From positions 13,793 to 77,792 of IMG/VR virus record IMGVR_UViG_3300020159_001814: DNA of 64,000 bases; one strand, given 5' to 3'. Positions 27,999 to 36,864 of the stretch are shown in pieces (within the stretch, counting starts at the first letter, position 1; the number at the start of each line of letters is the position of its first letter). Source of the stretch: a virus. Below the pieces are notes generated by a model that saw nothing but the letters and a program-made list of their open reading frames with translations, did no database searches and was not told where the DNA came from. Position numbers and translations under genes: made by a program.

Positions 27999-29594
27999 TT
28001 ATGCTAATATTACTACCCCATTTTTTGTAACTGACATATATTGTGGGTTAACCAAATTACTTATAGTTGAGCAATCATTAGGTAACAATGATAAAACATT
28101 AATTGTCATTGTGTCACTAATAGTTGCTGTTAAAACACATCTGTTATTAAATGATGTGGGTACAAATATTGCTTGATCAATTATTCCTGTTATATATCCA
28201 TTACCGGTTATTGATGCTGAATATGTTGCGGTGTATGCACTTGTTGATATTGTTGTTCTTTCACACTCTTTGTCAGTTATTATTGTTGACGTTTGAGTTA
28301 CGGGACCAACGGTAGGTGCACCAAGTGTTGACGTATTAATAGGGGTACCACTAATAGTATTAGAAGTGATTGTTCTTCTTGACCCATTTGTTGTTCCCGT
28401 CATATTAACTGAAAAATTAACATCAAATGAAATTGTTTTTGTTGGTGGTAGTGTTGGTGATACGTCGATTCTCCAATACCATGTTTTTACGGTTGTTGTG
28501 TTAGTAATAGATTGTGTTGCAATAGGTGTTAATGTCAGATTTAAGACATAATTCACTACAGAAGATACCGGTGTTAAAGTTACCGTTTGTGTTATTATAT
28601 TGTTTGATGAATCTTTTACATAAACAGTATAATTACCTGACGATAACCCGACAAATGTAGATGATGGTTGGTATGTAACGCCGTTTAACGAATACGTATA
28701 CCCAGGGTCCCCACCCAAAACATTAACACTAATAACACCATTATTAACACCAACACAAGATGGATTAGTTTTACTAATCTTAAGTGTCATCGGAGTACTT
28801 ACACATTCGCCACTACTAACAGTTATGTTTGTTAATGGTGCTCCATTAACCGACCAAGTACCGACCGGTGGAGCAACAGGGTAATTATAACTTGGTACCC
28901 CACTACCGGACCAATTTAAAATTTCCCATCTTGTCATACCCGTATTATAATATATGGTATATGTTGGTGTGGAACTTGTCCAAGATGGGTAACCATTTAT
29001 AGTACTTCCAGAACTAAAATCAATTTGTTCATTAATTTTTAATACTTTAATATTCATACAAAGTTTACTTGGGTAAACTATAGGGGGTAAAGGTACAGGT
29101 AAACACCTAAAACAAGAATTATATGGTGAGTGACTTGTGTTTGCAAAATTATTTATATAGGTTTGTCCTGTATATAGTGTAGTTCCACTACTAGTCCAAC
29201 ATCCTGTTTGTGTTGTTAATTTGTAGACTTTACCATTTATAAATGTCGATGGTAAATTTGCCAAGTAATAAATAAAATTACTTGGGTTACTACAATTTTG
29301 AAATTTTTCCAAATAAAAACTGTCATACCCAACAGTACATGTAGTTGTTGCGGTAAAATCACCATAATAATCAGTTACGGTGGCAGTATAATTACCAGGT
29401 AATAAATTAGAAATTGGTGATCCTTGTAATCCATTATTCCAAGTAATATTATAAGGTGGTGTTCCTCCAGTAACATACAAAGCGATCACACCGTTAGTTG
29501 CGTCAGGTGTCGATGCGTTAACCGTATTACATTTAACCCCTAAAGGTAAAATTGTTATAATATTACAGCTATTTCCACTTAATTGGCTCATCAA
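27999..29594 (-). CDS. SprB-repeat/Ig-like structural protein
   Basis: GGTPPYNITW..G...NLLPGNYTATVTD and NPSC...GGDPGYTYSL...GNYTVYVKD. Confidence 0.7.
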   Translation of the reverse strand: MMSQLSGNSCNIITILPLGVKCNTVNASTPDATNGVIALYVTGGTPPYNITWNNGLQGSPISNLLPGNYTATVTDYYGDFTATTTCTVGYDSFYLEKFQNCSNPSNFIYYLANLPSTFINGKVYKLTTQTGCWTSSGTTLYTGQTYINNFANTSHSPYNSCFRCLPVPLPPIVYPSKLCMNIKVLKINEQIDFSSGSTINGYPSWTSSTPTYTIYYNTGMTRWEILNWSGSGVPSYNYPVAPPVGTWSVNGAPLTNITVSSGECVSTPMTLKISKTNPSCVGVNNGVISVNVLGGDPGYTYSLNGVTYQPSSTFVGLSSGNYTVYVKDSSNNIITQTVTLTPVSSVVNYVLNLTLTPIATQSITNTTTVKTWYWRIDVSPTLPPTKTISFDVNFSVNMTGTTNGSRRTITSNTISGTPINTSTLGAPTVGPVTQTSTIITDKECERTTISTSAYTATYSASITGNGYITGIIDQAIFVPTSFNNRCVLTATISDTMTINVLSLLPNDCSTISNLVNPQYMSVTKNGVVILA

Positions 29595-29833
29595 ATATCT
29601 TCTTTATTTATTATTGTTCTTGTACCACCACTGAATAATAATATTTCATTTTCATTCAAAGGGTAGTAATATGTTATTTTTAATTCATCAATTTTATCAA
29701 AACAAAGTTCTTGTGTATTTGATTCAAAAATTTGATAGGGTGTTGCGGTTATACCATTTGTTTCTAACAAATCAATAACTTCCGTATTTGTGTATATTAA
29801 TCTCCAAATCATAATTAATAAGTTATTGTCCAA
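29591..29833 (-). CDS. Hypothetical protein
   Basis: Short ORF coupled to neighbours. Confidence 0.55.
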   Translation of the reverse strand: MDNNLLIMIWRLIYTNTEVIDLLETNGITATPYQIFESNTQELCFDKIDELKITYYYPLNENEILLFSGGTRTIINKEDI

Positions 29834-31251
29834 TTATAGGGTGACCCTGTTAAAAAGGATATTGCGGCTAAACCATTATATCCACCGCTCGATGAGTCAG
29901 GATCTGCGTTTGTTCCGCTTATATTTAAAGTAATGTTTGACCAACCTGTTGGGTTGTAAGTCGCATTTCCACTAAAATCCACTAATATGTGATTAACATC
30001 GGTAGTTGTCATATTGTTATTTTGTAAATCGATTCCCGCACGTCCTTGTGTAGTTCCAGAAACTAAAGTAGCGCCTGATAAACTAGTTAAGTCTATATAG
30101 TCTAAATTACAACCATATAAACTAAATGCCCTACTACCTAAACCATTACTTTCGTTTTTAAAATATTGTGTAGATGTAGGTAACAATATATTTGTTAAAC
30201 TACTGTTTCCATCAAGTCTTAAAATTGATGTTGATCCGGTTGTTGAAGCACCTAATTTTGTTAGGTTTCTTAAATCTAAGGTTCCGGTTAATTTACAATC
30301 GTTTGCCCTATATCGTGTAATATTATTTGGCGATGTTGCGTGTGTTATTCCAGTTAAATTAAAGTTAAACCAAACATCAAATTGCCCTCCTAACCCAGAT
30401 AATGGCGTTAAATCTAAATTTCCTATTAGATTACAAGAATTTGCGAAATATGATGTAAAAATTTGTGATGATGGTCCGTGAGTAATTCCTGTTAAATTTG
30501 TACTATATTGAACCCAAAATTGCCCACCTAAACCAGATAATGGCGTTAAATCTAACTTTCCTGTTAAATTACAAGAATTCGCTAAATATGATGTAAAAAT
30601 TTGTGATGATGGTCCGTGAGTTATCCCTGTTAAATTACTATTAGCACTAACCCAAAATTGACCTCCGAGTCCAGATAATGGCGTTAAATCTAAATTTCCT
30701 ATTAGATTACAAGAATTTGCTAAATATGATGAAATATTTTGTGATGATGGTCCGTGAGTTATCCCTGTTAAATTTGGATTATTATTAACTTGGAACTGTC
30801 CACCTAAACCAGATAATGGTGTTAAATCTAAATTTCCTGTTAAATTACAAGAATAGGCAATATATGATGAAAAAATTTGTGATGATGGTCCGTTAGTAAT
30901 TCCTGTTAAATTTGGGTTTGTATTGACTCTGAAGGTGCCTCTAAAACCAGATAATTGTGTTAAATCTAAATTACCATATATATTATCATTATCAAAAATA
31001 AAACTATTTGTATTCCTAAAACTATTAACCCTAATTTGGATTGTCCTAATATCGGTGTCTAATGTAAAACCGGTATATGTTAATCCATTTCCGGCGGTTT
31101 GTGTAATATTTGTTCCATTATCTAATCTCCATGATACTCTCCCTCCCCCATCAAACCCTATTGTCGGTTCGAAAAAACTTGTTGACCCACTCTTTTGAAA
31201 AGTAAGGATTTTACCTATATTATTTCTTGACGTGAATTGTTGCCTACTCAT
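29815..31251 (-). CDS. Leucine-rich-repeat protein in tail module (candidate receptor-binding protein)
   Basis: About five 46-aa (138-nt) repeats NLxGxLDLTPLSGLGGQFxVxxNxNLTGITHGPSSQxxxSYxAxSC. Confidence 0.75.
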   Translation of the reverse strand: MSRQQFTSRNNIGKILTFQKSGSTSFFEPTIGFDGGGRVSWRLDNGTNITQTAGNGLTYTGFTLDTDIRTIQIRVNSFRNTNSFIFDNDNIYGNLDLTQLSGFRGTFRVNTNPNLTGITNGPSSQIFSSYIAYSCNLTGNLDLTPLSGLGGQFQVNNNPNLTGITHGPSSQNISSYLANSCNLIGNLDLTPLSGLGGQFWVSANSNLTGITHGPSSQIFTSYLANSCNLTGKLDLTPLSGLGGQFWVQYSTNLTGITHGPSSQIFTSYFANSCNLIGNLDLTPLSGLGGQFDVWFNFNLTGITHATSPNNITRYRANDCKLTGTLDLRNLTKLGASTTGSTSILRLDGNSSLTNILLPTSTQYFKNESNGLGSRAFSLYGCNLDYIDLTSLSGATLVSGTTQGRAGIDLQNNNMTTTDVNHILVDFSGNATYNPTGWSNITLNISGTNADPDSSSGGYNGLAAISFLTGSPYNWTITY

Positions 31252-31261
31252 ATGTTAATTT

Positions 31262-32095
31262 TTATATATAATCATTACCAACTGTCCAATACATTATTGA
31301 GCCGTTATATGTGAACGTTAATATATCAGTTGCCCCGCCATTAGATGTTAGTACTACAGGTCCCCCACCATTTGCTACCTTATGTGTGCCTGACGCACCA
31401 TTTACTTGATTAAAAAATAAACTTCTTCCCCCAACACCGTCTTGTATTACTATCAAAGTCCCGTATTCACCATTTCTTACATTAATTAATGATAATGTTG
31501 TGTTTGCCGTTAGTGTTGCTTCATAATTTGTACTTAATCCGGAAACGTCCCAAACTACCGTTGATCCTGTTGACCCTATGTCGTTAAATGGGTTTATACT
31601 GACACCACCACCAGACGTACCACTACTTCCACTTGTACCATTAATTCCTGATGTTCCATTAATTCCACTAGTTCCATTTATTCCTGATGTACCACTAGTT
31701 CCATTAATTCCTGATGTACCACTAGTTCCATTTATTCCTGATGTACCACTAGTTCCATTAATTCCCGAAGTACCACTAGTTCCATTAATTCCGCTAGTTC
31801 CTGAAGTTCCATTAATTCCCGAAGTACCACTAGTTCCATTAATTCCCGAAGTACCACTAGTTCCATTAATTCCCGAAGTACCACTAGTTCCATTAATTCC
31901 CGAAGTACCATTAATACCACTGGTGCCCGATCCGCCGGATGTACCACCAAAAATAGTTATAAGTTGTTGTAATTCTGCTTTATAAGATGACCCATCAGGG
32001 TTTTGTGACGGGTCCCCAGTATAAACAATATGTATTAGGGTTGTTGGGGTAATTGCCGTTGATGCCGCTAATGTCCTGTCCGTTAATCTTGCCAT
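31262..32095 (-). CDS. Collagen-like (Gly-X-Y) fibre protein
   Basis: About 100-aa uninterrupted G-T-S/G-I-N triplets between globular ends. Confidence 0.8.
   Translation of the reverse strand: MARLTDRTLAASTAITPTTLIHIVYTGDPSQNPDGSSYKAELQQLITIFGGTSGGSGTSGINGTSGINGTSGTSGINGTSGTSGINGTSGTSGINGTSGTSGINGTSGTSGINGTSGTSGINGTSGTSGINGTSGTSGINGTSGINGTSGINGTSGSSGTSGGGVSINPFNDIGSTGSTVVWDVSGLSTNYEATLTANTTLSLINVRNGEYGTLIVIQDGVGGRSLFFNQVNGASGTHKVANGGGPVVLTSNGGATDILTFTYNGSIMYWTVGNDYI
31610..31945. repeat. 9/27-bp coding tandem repeat (GINGTSGTS)
   Basis: Repeated GTACCACTAGTTCCATTAATTCCYGAW units. Confidence 0.9.
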
Positions 32096-32115
32096 TTTTT
32101 TATTTTATATAATTT

Positions 32116-32397
32116 TTATTGAAATTTATATTCTTCACCATCTTGGAACTCAAATATTAATCCGTCTTGGAAAAGTTTATCTGAAACACTTAATGTTTCA
32201 CAATACGTACAATTATTATCATCTATTAATTTTATAGTATAAGTTTCATAAGTTTCATAAGTTTCAGGTAATATAAAACTATATGGTATGGTCGTTATTG
32301 TATCAATATATTGACAAGTACCGTAACACGTATCACAAACCCATATGTGGTATGGTGAAGTTCCTAAAGTTATCGTATTTATTGTTACGTTTATCAT
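32116..32397 (-). CDS. Small Ig/SprB-like structural protein (paralog 1)
   Basis: GTSPYHIWVCD..C...IKLIDDNNC; C-terminal FQDG repeats. Confidence 0.65.
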   Translation of the reverse strand: MINVTINTITLGTSPYHIWVCDTCYGTCQYIDTITTIPYSFILPETYETYETYTIKLIDDNNCTYCETLSVSDKLFQDGLIFEFQDGEEYKFQ

Positions 32398-32415
32398 TTA
32401 TTAAAAATTTCCATT

Positions 32416-34011
32416 TTATTTACAAAATCCATTAACTTTACATTTTTGTGTTAAAGAACCTGTTTTATCATTAACCTCATAGATATAATCTTGGTATTTG
32501 ATATAATCCACAGTTAATTTTCTTGTTAAACTACTATCCTTATACACATATATACCATCGGTTAATGTTTCTACACCGTATTCCGTATAGATTGTTATTG
32601 GTGATCCAAAGTTAGTCAATTCACAAACAGGACAAGAAATTGTATATTCACCTTTAACTTCCCAAGATTTAAACACAGGTGTTGGTGTTGGCTCAGGTGT
32701 AAAACATTCTATACAATCAACATATGTTGTTGCTGTTGTAGCAGTAAACACATCTTGGTTTGTTGCTATAAATCCTGTTGTTGGGTAATAACCAACAACA
32801 TTTGTGACATAAACCCAACAATTACCATTATCATCTTTTAATACATTAGTTTCACAAAGATTTAGTGGTGGCGTTGCGGTTTGAACTATCATTGAATTAT
32901 TAGTACATGACGTAAATATAAATTGGGTTCCCATAGGATACGATGTTGGTGTTGGTGTCGGTGTTAGTGTTGCCGTTGGTGTTGGTGTCGGTGTTGCAGT
33001 TGGTGTTGGTGTCGGTGTAACACAAACACTACAATCACTAGTATATGCAGTAATTATTAATTCAAGATTACTATTTGTACTACTAAATAAATCTTTAGTG
33101 TATGTTACACATTTTATTTGGTCACTAATTACCGCCAAGAAAGTTGTACCAGTACTTAATGGTATACCGCTAAACACTATAGGTTCAGTAACGTAATATT
33201 TATTAAACGTACCACATTCACTTAATTCTTTTGTTCTTGTACAAATAAATTTACCAGTATCTATTAAATAAGTAACACTATCCGCAGATGGCACAATAAC
33301 GTTATAACAAGGTGTTGGTGATGGTGTTGGTGATGGTGTTGGTGATGGTGTGATTTCTTCTGTTGATATATCGACAATAAACCCTTCACAAACATCGGGT
33401 GTTGGTGTTGGTGTTGGTGTAGGAGTTGGTGTTGCGGTTGGTGATGCTGTTGGTGATGGTGTAATACCACATTCTATTAATACATCAAAATCAAGTATAG
33501 AACAAGGGTCATATGGTGTTGGTGTAGGTACACATACTCCATTATATAAAATGGTCTCGTCAAGGTCGGGTGATGTTGATTCTGTCGGGTTTTGCCCAAA
33601 AAAATCACATTCACCACCTAAAGTTTCACTTAAACACCATTTTATACCATCATAAAAAATGTAACCATTGTTTGTTATTCCACTGTAATATGTATTAGTA
33701 TTATAACTTCCCGCAAAAGTATATGACCCGTTATATCCAGTAAATGCACTTAAAGAAATATTAACGCAAAAATCTTCAGACCCACAATAGTCACTACAAC
33801 CACCAGAACCACAACCACCATTTGATATTGATACCCCGTCAAATATTACAGGTATACTACCGACACCACTAGACACTATAGTATAGCACCCATTTATTAT
33901 GTTAGTATCATCTGTAATTTCAAAACCATCACCGACGGTCGTACTATACGACCAACCCGTGGCACTATATACTAGATTATAACAACAACTACTTAAAACA
34001 ACATTAGCCAT
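32416..34011 (-). CDS. Cys-rich structural protein with Pro-Thr mucin-like linkers
   Basis: Several (PT)n/(PS)n tracts separating Cys-rich modules. Confidence 0.75.
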   Translation of the reverse strand: MANVVLSSCCYNLVYSATGWSYSTTVGDGFEITDDTNIINGCYTIVSSGVGSIPVIFDGVSISNGGCGSGGCSDYCGSEDFCVNISLSAFTGYNGSYTFAGSYNTNTYYSGITNNGYIFYDGIKWCLSETLGGECDFFGQNPTESTSPDLDETILYNGVCVPTPTPYDPCSILDFDVLIECGITPSPTASPTATPTPTPTPTPTPDVCEGFIVDISTEEITPSPTPSPTPSPTPCYNVIVPSADSVTYLIDTGKFICTRTKELSECGTFNKYYVTEPIVFSGIPLSTGTTFLAVISDQIKCVTYTKDLFSSTNSNLELIITAYTSDCSVCVTPTPTPTATPTPTPTATLTPTPTPTSYPMGTQFIFTSCTNNSMIVQTATPPLNLCETNVLKDDNGNCWVYVTNVVGYYPTTGFIATNQDVFTATTATTYVDCIECFTPEPTPTPVFKSWEVKGEYTISCPVCELTNFGSPITIYTEYGVETLTDGIYVYKDSSLTRKLTVDYIKYQDYIYEVNDKTGSLTQKCKVNGFCK

Positions 34012-34065
34012 TCAGATTTAAACTTTATTATATAAATAATCGAAAGTTTATTTTATTGAAGTGTT

Positions 34066-34860
34066 TTATGAGAATATGTTAAAATATTGTCTCCAATCTG
34101 ATTTGACAATATTGTAACTTTCGGGGTTTAGATTATAGCAAAAATCATAATACTTTTCTTCGCTACCAACAACACCTTGTTCTAAATACATGTCTATATA
34201 CCAAATAAAGTCGGCAATTAATTTATCAATCGTATTATTGTTTGGCACAAAAAAACAACCACCGTGAATAAACCTATACTGTGAAAACAAATGAAAAACA
34301 TAATCACCTAATGATACGGTATCTTGGTGATTAAAGAATGTTATTTTATCTGAATAACCGTTATTTATTTTTTCTAAATTAGGCCAGTTAGGTATTGGCT
34401 GATTTATTTCATGTCTCAGAACCCCAGCATCCGCCCAAATAAAAAAATCAGAATCAAAATGTTTTTTCATTATTGATTCTTTTATGTAAAAAAGTTTATT
34501 AAAAATTACAATATTATATAATGGTTTAGTCATTTCTGGAACCCTAAAATGTATTTTATTTTTAAATTCTTCAGAATTCATTAAACTATTTACCTTTTCA
34601 TAATACATTTGATGAGCAACCAAGTCCTCAACTTTTCTTATTTCAAAAATAGTTTTTTCTAAATTAGGGTCACAAACCATTCTATTTTTTTTAATTTCAT
34701 CGTATAATTTTTCATCAGTATAAATAACCATTGGCATGTCGTACATTAATAGGGCTTTCATCCAGTGAAGATATGTACCATATGCTAATTCATATCCATC
34801 CCAAGTATCCCTACCAATATCAAACAATGCCGTTACAATGACCGGTTTTTCTATTTTCAT
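34066..34860 (-). CDS. HtrL/YibB (WlaTC)-like glycosyltransferase
   Basis: IVTALFDIGR, YNIVIFNK, FFIWADAG, HGGCF, SEE motifs. Confidence 0.7.
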   Translation of the reverse strand: MKIEKPVIVTALFDIGRDTWDGYELAYGTYLHWMKALLMYDMPMVIYTDEKLYDEIKKNRMVCDPNLEKTIFEIRKVEDLVAHQMYYEKVNSLMNSEEFKNKIHFRVPEMTKPLYNIVIFNKLFYIKESIMKKHFDSDFFIWADAGVLRHEINQPIPNWPNLEKINNGYSDKITFFNHQDTVSLGDYVFHLFSQYRFIHGGCFFVPNNNTIDKLIADFIWYIDMYLEQGVVGSEEKYYDFCYNLNPESYNIVKSDWRQYFNIFS

Positions 34861-36104
34861 AATTTTCCTGTTAGTCTTTCACCCCAACCTTTTGATGTTG
34901 TGTGTGTCCATACAACCCATTCTGTTGGTTTTATTGTTGTATTAAATTCCCTCCAAACATTTACAAAATCCCCTTGTTTTGACAAAATGTTGTTTATTTC
35001 GTTTTTATCGGCGTCTTTTCTAAATATTTCATTACCATTATCATCTAAAAATATTACGGCCCAAAAATCATAATCAGATTCTTTTAAACTACCTTTATAT
35101 AGGTCAATACAATGTTTAAAAACAGTTGAAAAGCTGTTTACCCATTCGTCTTCAGTTTCATAATTATATGGGTTTGGTGGGTATTGTTTATTAATAGTGT
35201 ATTGTTGTACCGCTCTTTTTGAAAAAAGTAATCCGGCATATTTTTCATAATCTTTTAACGTTCTTTCCTTTCCAAATCCGTATATATCATCATGGCCTTC
35301 TTGCATTATACCATCCATACCAAACAACATTCTATTAAGTAAATGGGCCTTTTCATTTTTTTTATACCATTCTTTATCGTCGTCCCATTGTTTAGTTCTA
35401 CCGTTTCTTGTATATTCATGCCATATAACAACTTTATGTGGGTGAAATAAATCATACCCATGTGTATATGCTCTAACCGCTATTGATATTTCTTCGCCGT
35501 GAAAATAAAAATTAGGGTTATGTTGTACTTCTTTTGAAAATACTCCTAATGTAAAACAAAAATGTGCGGAATAGAATCTTGATGTAATTGGTTCTGTTAA
35601 CGTTTCCCAATTTGGGATTGTCTCAGGTAAAAAGAATACCGCACCTTCGGGTATGAATCTATCAAATACCATTCTCCAAGGAACATTAACCCTACCTTCG
35701 GGATCATTTTGTGGATTATAAGACGAAACATATCCAGTTAAAAGTGGTTTTTTATGTCCTTTTTTTTGTAAATCAACAACCATGTTAATTAGTGTTTCAT
35801 CCCAATTTTTTTCAAATCTCATGTGTGAATCAATCTGCAAAGTATAATCTTCACCATCATATAACTGTTGGACCATATTTCTTGCCCAACAAACCCCTTT
35901 AGCATCTAAATATGGGACATCAACAATCCTAAATCTTTCATCATTTTCATATTCACTAAGGTCGTCAAATTTATCATCTATGTGATATTGTCGACATATA
36001 CCAAATACTAAACTTTCAGGATTTTTTGCGTTCAATAAACAATTCTTTATTGTTGGTATCAATTCGGGGTCCCTATAAGACGCGATTTGTATAAAAATTT
36101 TCAT
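34857..36104 (-). CDS. GT60-like polypeptide alpha-GlcNAc transferase (Skp1 GlcNAc-transferase family)
   Basis: IFIQIASYRDPEL, AKGVCWARN, QIDSHMRF..NWD, FHGEE, H.Y.R. Confidence 0.8.
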   Translation of the reverse strand: MKIFIQIASYRDPELIPTIKNCLLNAKNPESLVFGICRQYHIDDKFDDLSEYENDERFRIVDVPYLDAKGVCWARNMVQQLYDGEDYTLQIDSHMRFEKNWDETLINMVVDLQKKGHKKPLLTGYVSSYNPQNDPEGRVNVPWRMVFDRFIPEGAVFFLPETIPNWETLTEPITSRFYSAHFCFTLGVFSKEVQHNPNFYFHGEEISIAVRAYTHGYDLFHPHKVVIWHEYTRNGRTKQWDDDKEWYKKNEKAHLLNRMLFGMDGIMQEGHDDIYGFGKERTLKDYEKYAGLLFSKRAVQQYTINKQYPPNPYNYETEDEWVNSFSTVFKHCIDLYKGSLKESDYDFWAVIFLDDNGNEIFRKDADKNEINNILSKQGDFVNVWREFNTTIKPTEWVVWTHTTSKGWGERLTGKL

Positions 36105-36173
36105 ACTACCAATATATATAAAAAAAAATTTGTGTAAATAATATTTAATATCTACGTATAACAGTCGGTGTTG

Positions 36174-36575
36174 TTATATATTTAATTCAAAAGTATAACC
36201 TGACAAACTACATAAAATAGGTTCAATAGTAGGTGTGGGTGTAGGTGTAGGTGTTGCGGTTGGTGTTATTTTATTTAATTCAAAACTATATCCAGACATA
36301 CTACATAAAACAGGTGTTGGTGTAGGTGTTGGTGTTGGTGTAGGTGTTGGTGTTGGTTCGCAAGGGGAATCAATCAAATCTACGCACCCATAATTATCAA
36401 CAATCCTAACTTTTAATAACCCTTCTTTAGGAAAATAATTATCAGAGTTAATAAAAACATTTGGTGGTATTGAAGTTACTCCCGATATATAAAAACAACC
36501 GGTTAAATCCCAATTACAAAGATATATGTCATACGGACCGACCCCATTTGTTACACCTGTTATTTCAATAATCAT
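36174..36575 (-). CDS. Small Ig/SprB-like protein with Pro-Thr tracts (paralog 2)
   Basis: GVGPYDIYLC...C...VRIVDNYGC plus two (PT)n tracts with duplicated LCSxSGYxFELN. Confidence 0.7.
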   Translation of the reverse strand: MIIEITGVTNGVGPYDIYLCNWDLTGCFYISGVTSIPPNVFINSDNYFPKEGLLKVRIVDNYGCVDLIDSPCEPTPTPTPTPTPTPTPVLCSMSGYSFELNKITPTATPTPTPTPTIEPILCSLSGYTFELNI

Positions 36576-36576
36576 T

Positions 36577-36864
36577 TTATATCCAAACTAATCCATCCCC
36601 ACTTTCAGTGGTTATTATGAGTTCGTTCTCAGTTAAAATAAAGAAGGTATCTAATGTACAATAAACATATTTAAAAGTAAAACACCCAGTACTATCAACC
36701 AATTTTATTATCAATGTTTGTGCAGTAGAAAAAAAGGAATTTAAGGTGTATGTTCCACCTGTAGGTCCAAGCAAAAAACAAGTATTCATATATTCGTCAC
36801 AAACATAAAAACTATAGGGTGGTGTGCCACCTGTTTCACCTGATATGATAAGTTGACTTGTCAT
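36577..36864 (-). CDS. Small Ig/SprB-like structural protein (paralog 3)
   Basis: GGTPPYSFYVCD...C...IKLVDSTGC. Confidence 0.65.
   Translation of the reverse strand: MTSQLIISGETGGTPPYSFYVCDEYMNTCFLLGPTGGTYTLNSFFSTAQTLIIKLVDSTGCFTFKYVYCTLDTFFILTENELIITTESGDGLVWI

Noticed and set aside
30300-30990. DGR template/variable repeat pair
   Set aside because: Repeats are in-frame tandem coding units, differences are not evidently adenine-specific, and there is no reverse transcriptase in the window
31578-31985. Plus-strand PLVP-repeat ORF and alternative-frame 31732..31950 ORF
   Set aside because: By-products of the stop-free tandem repeat in the collagen-like gene
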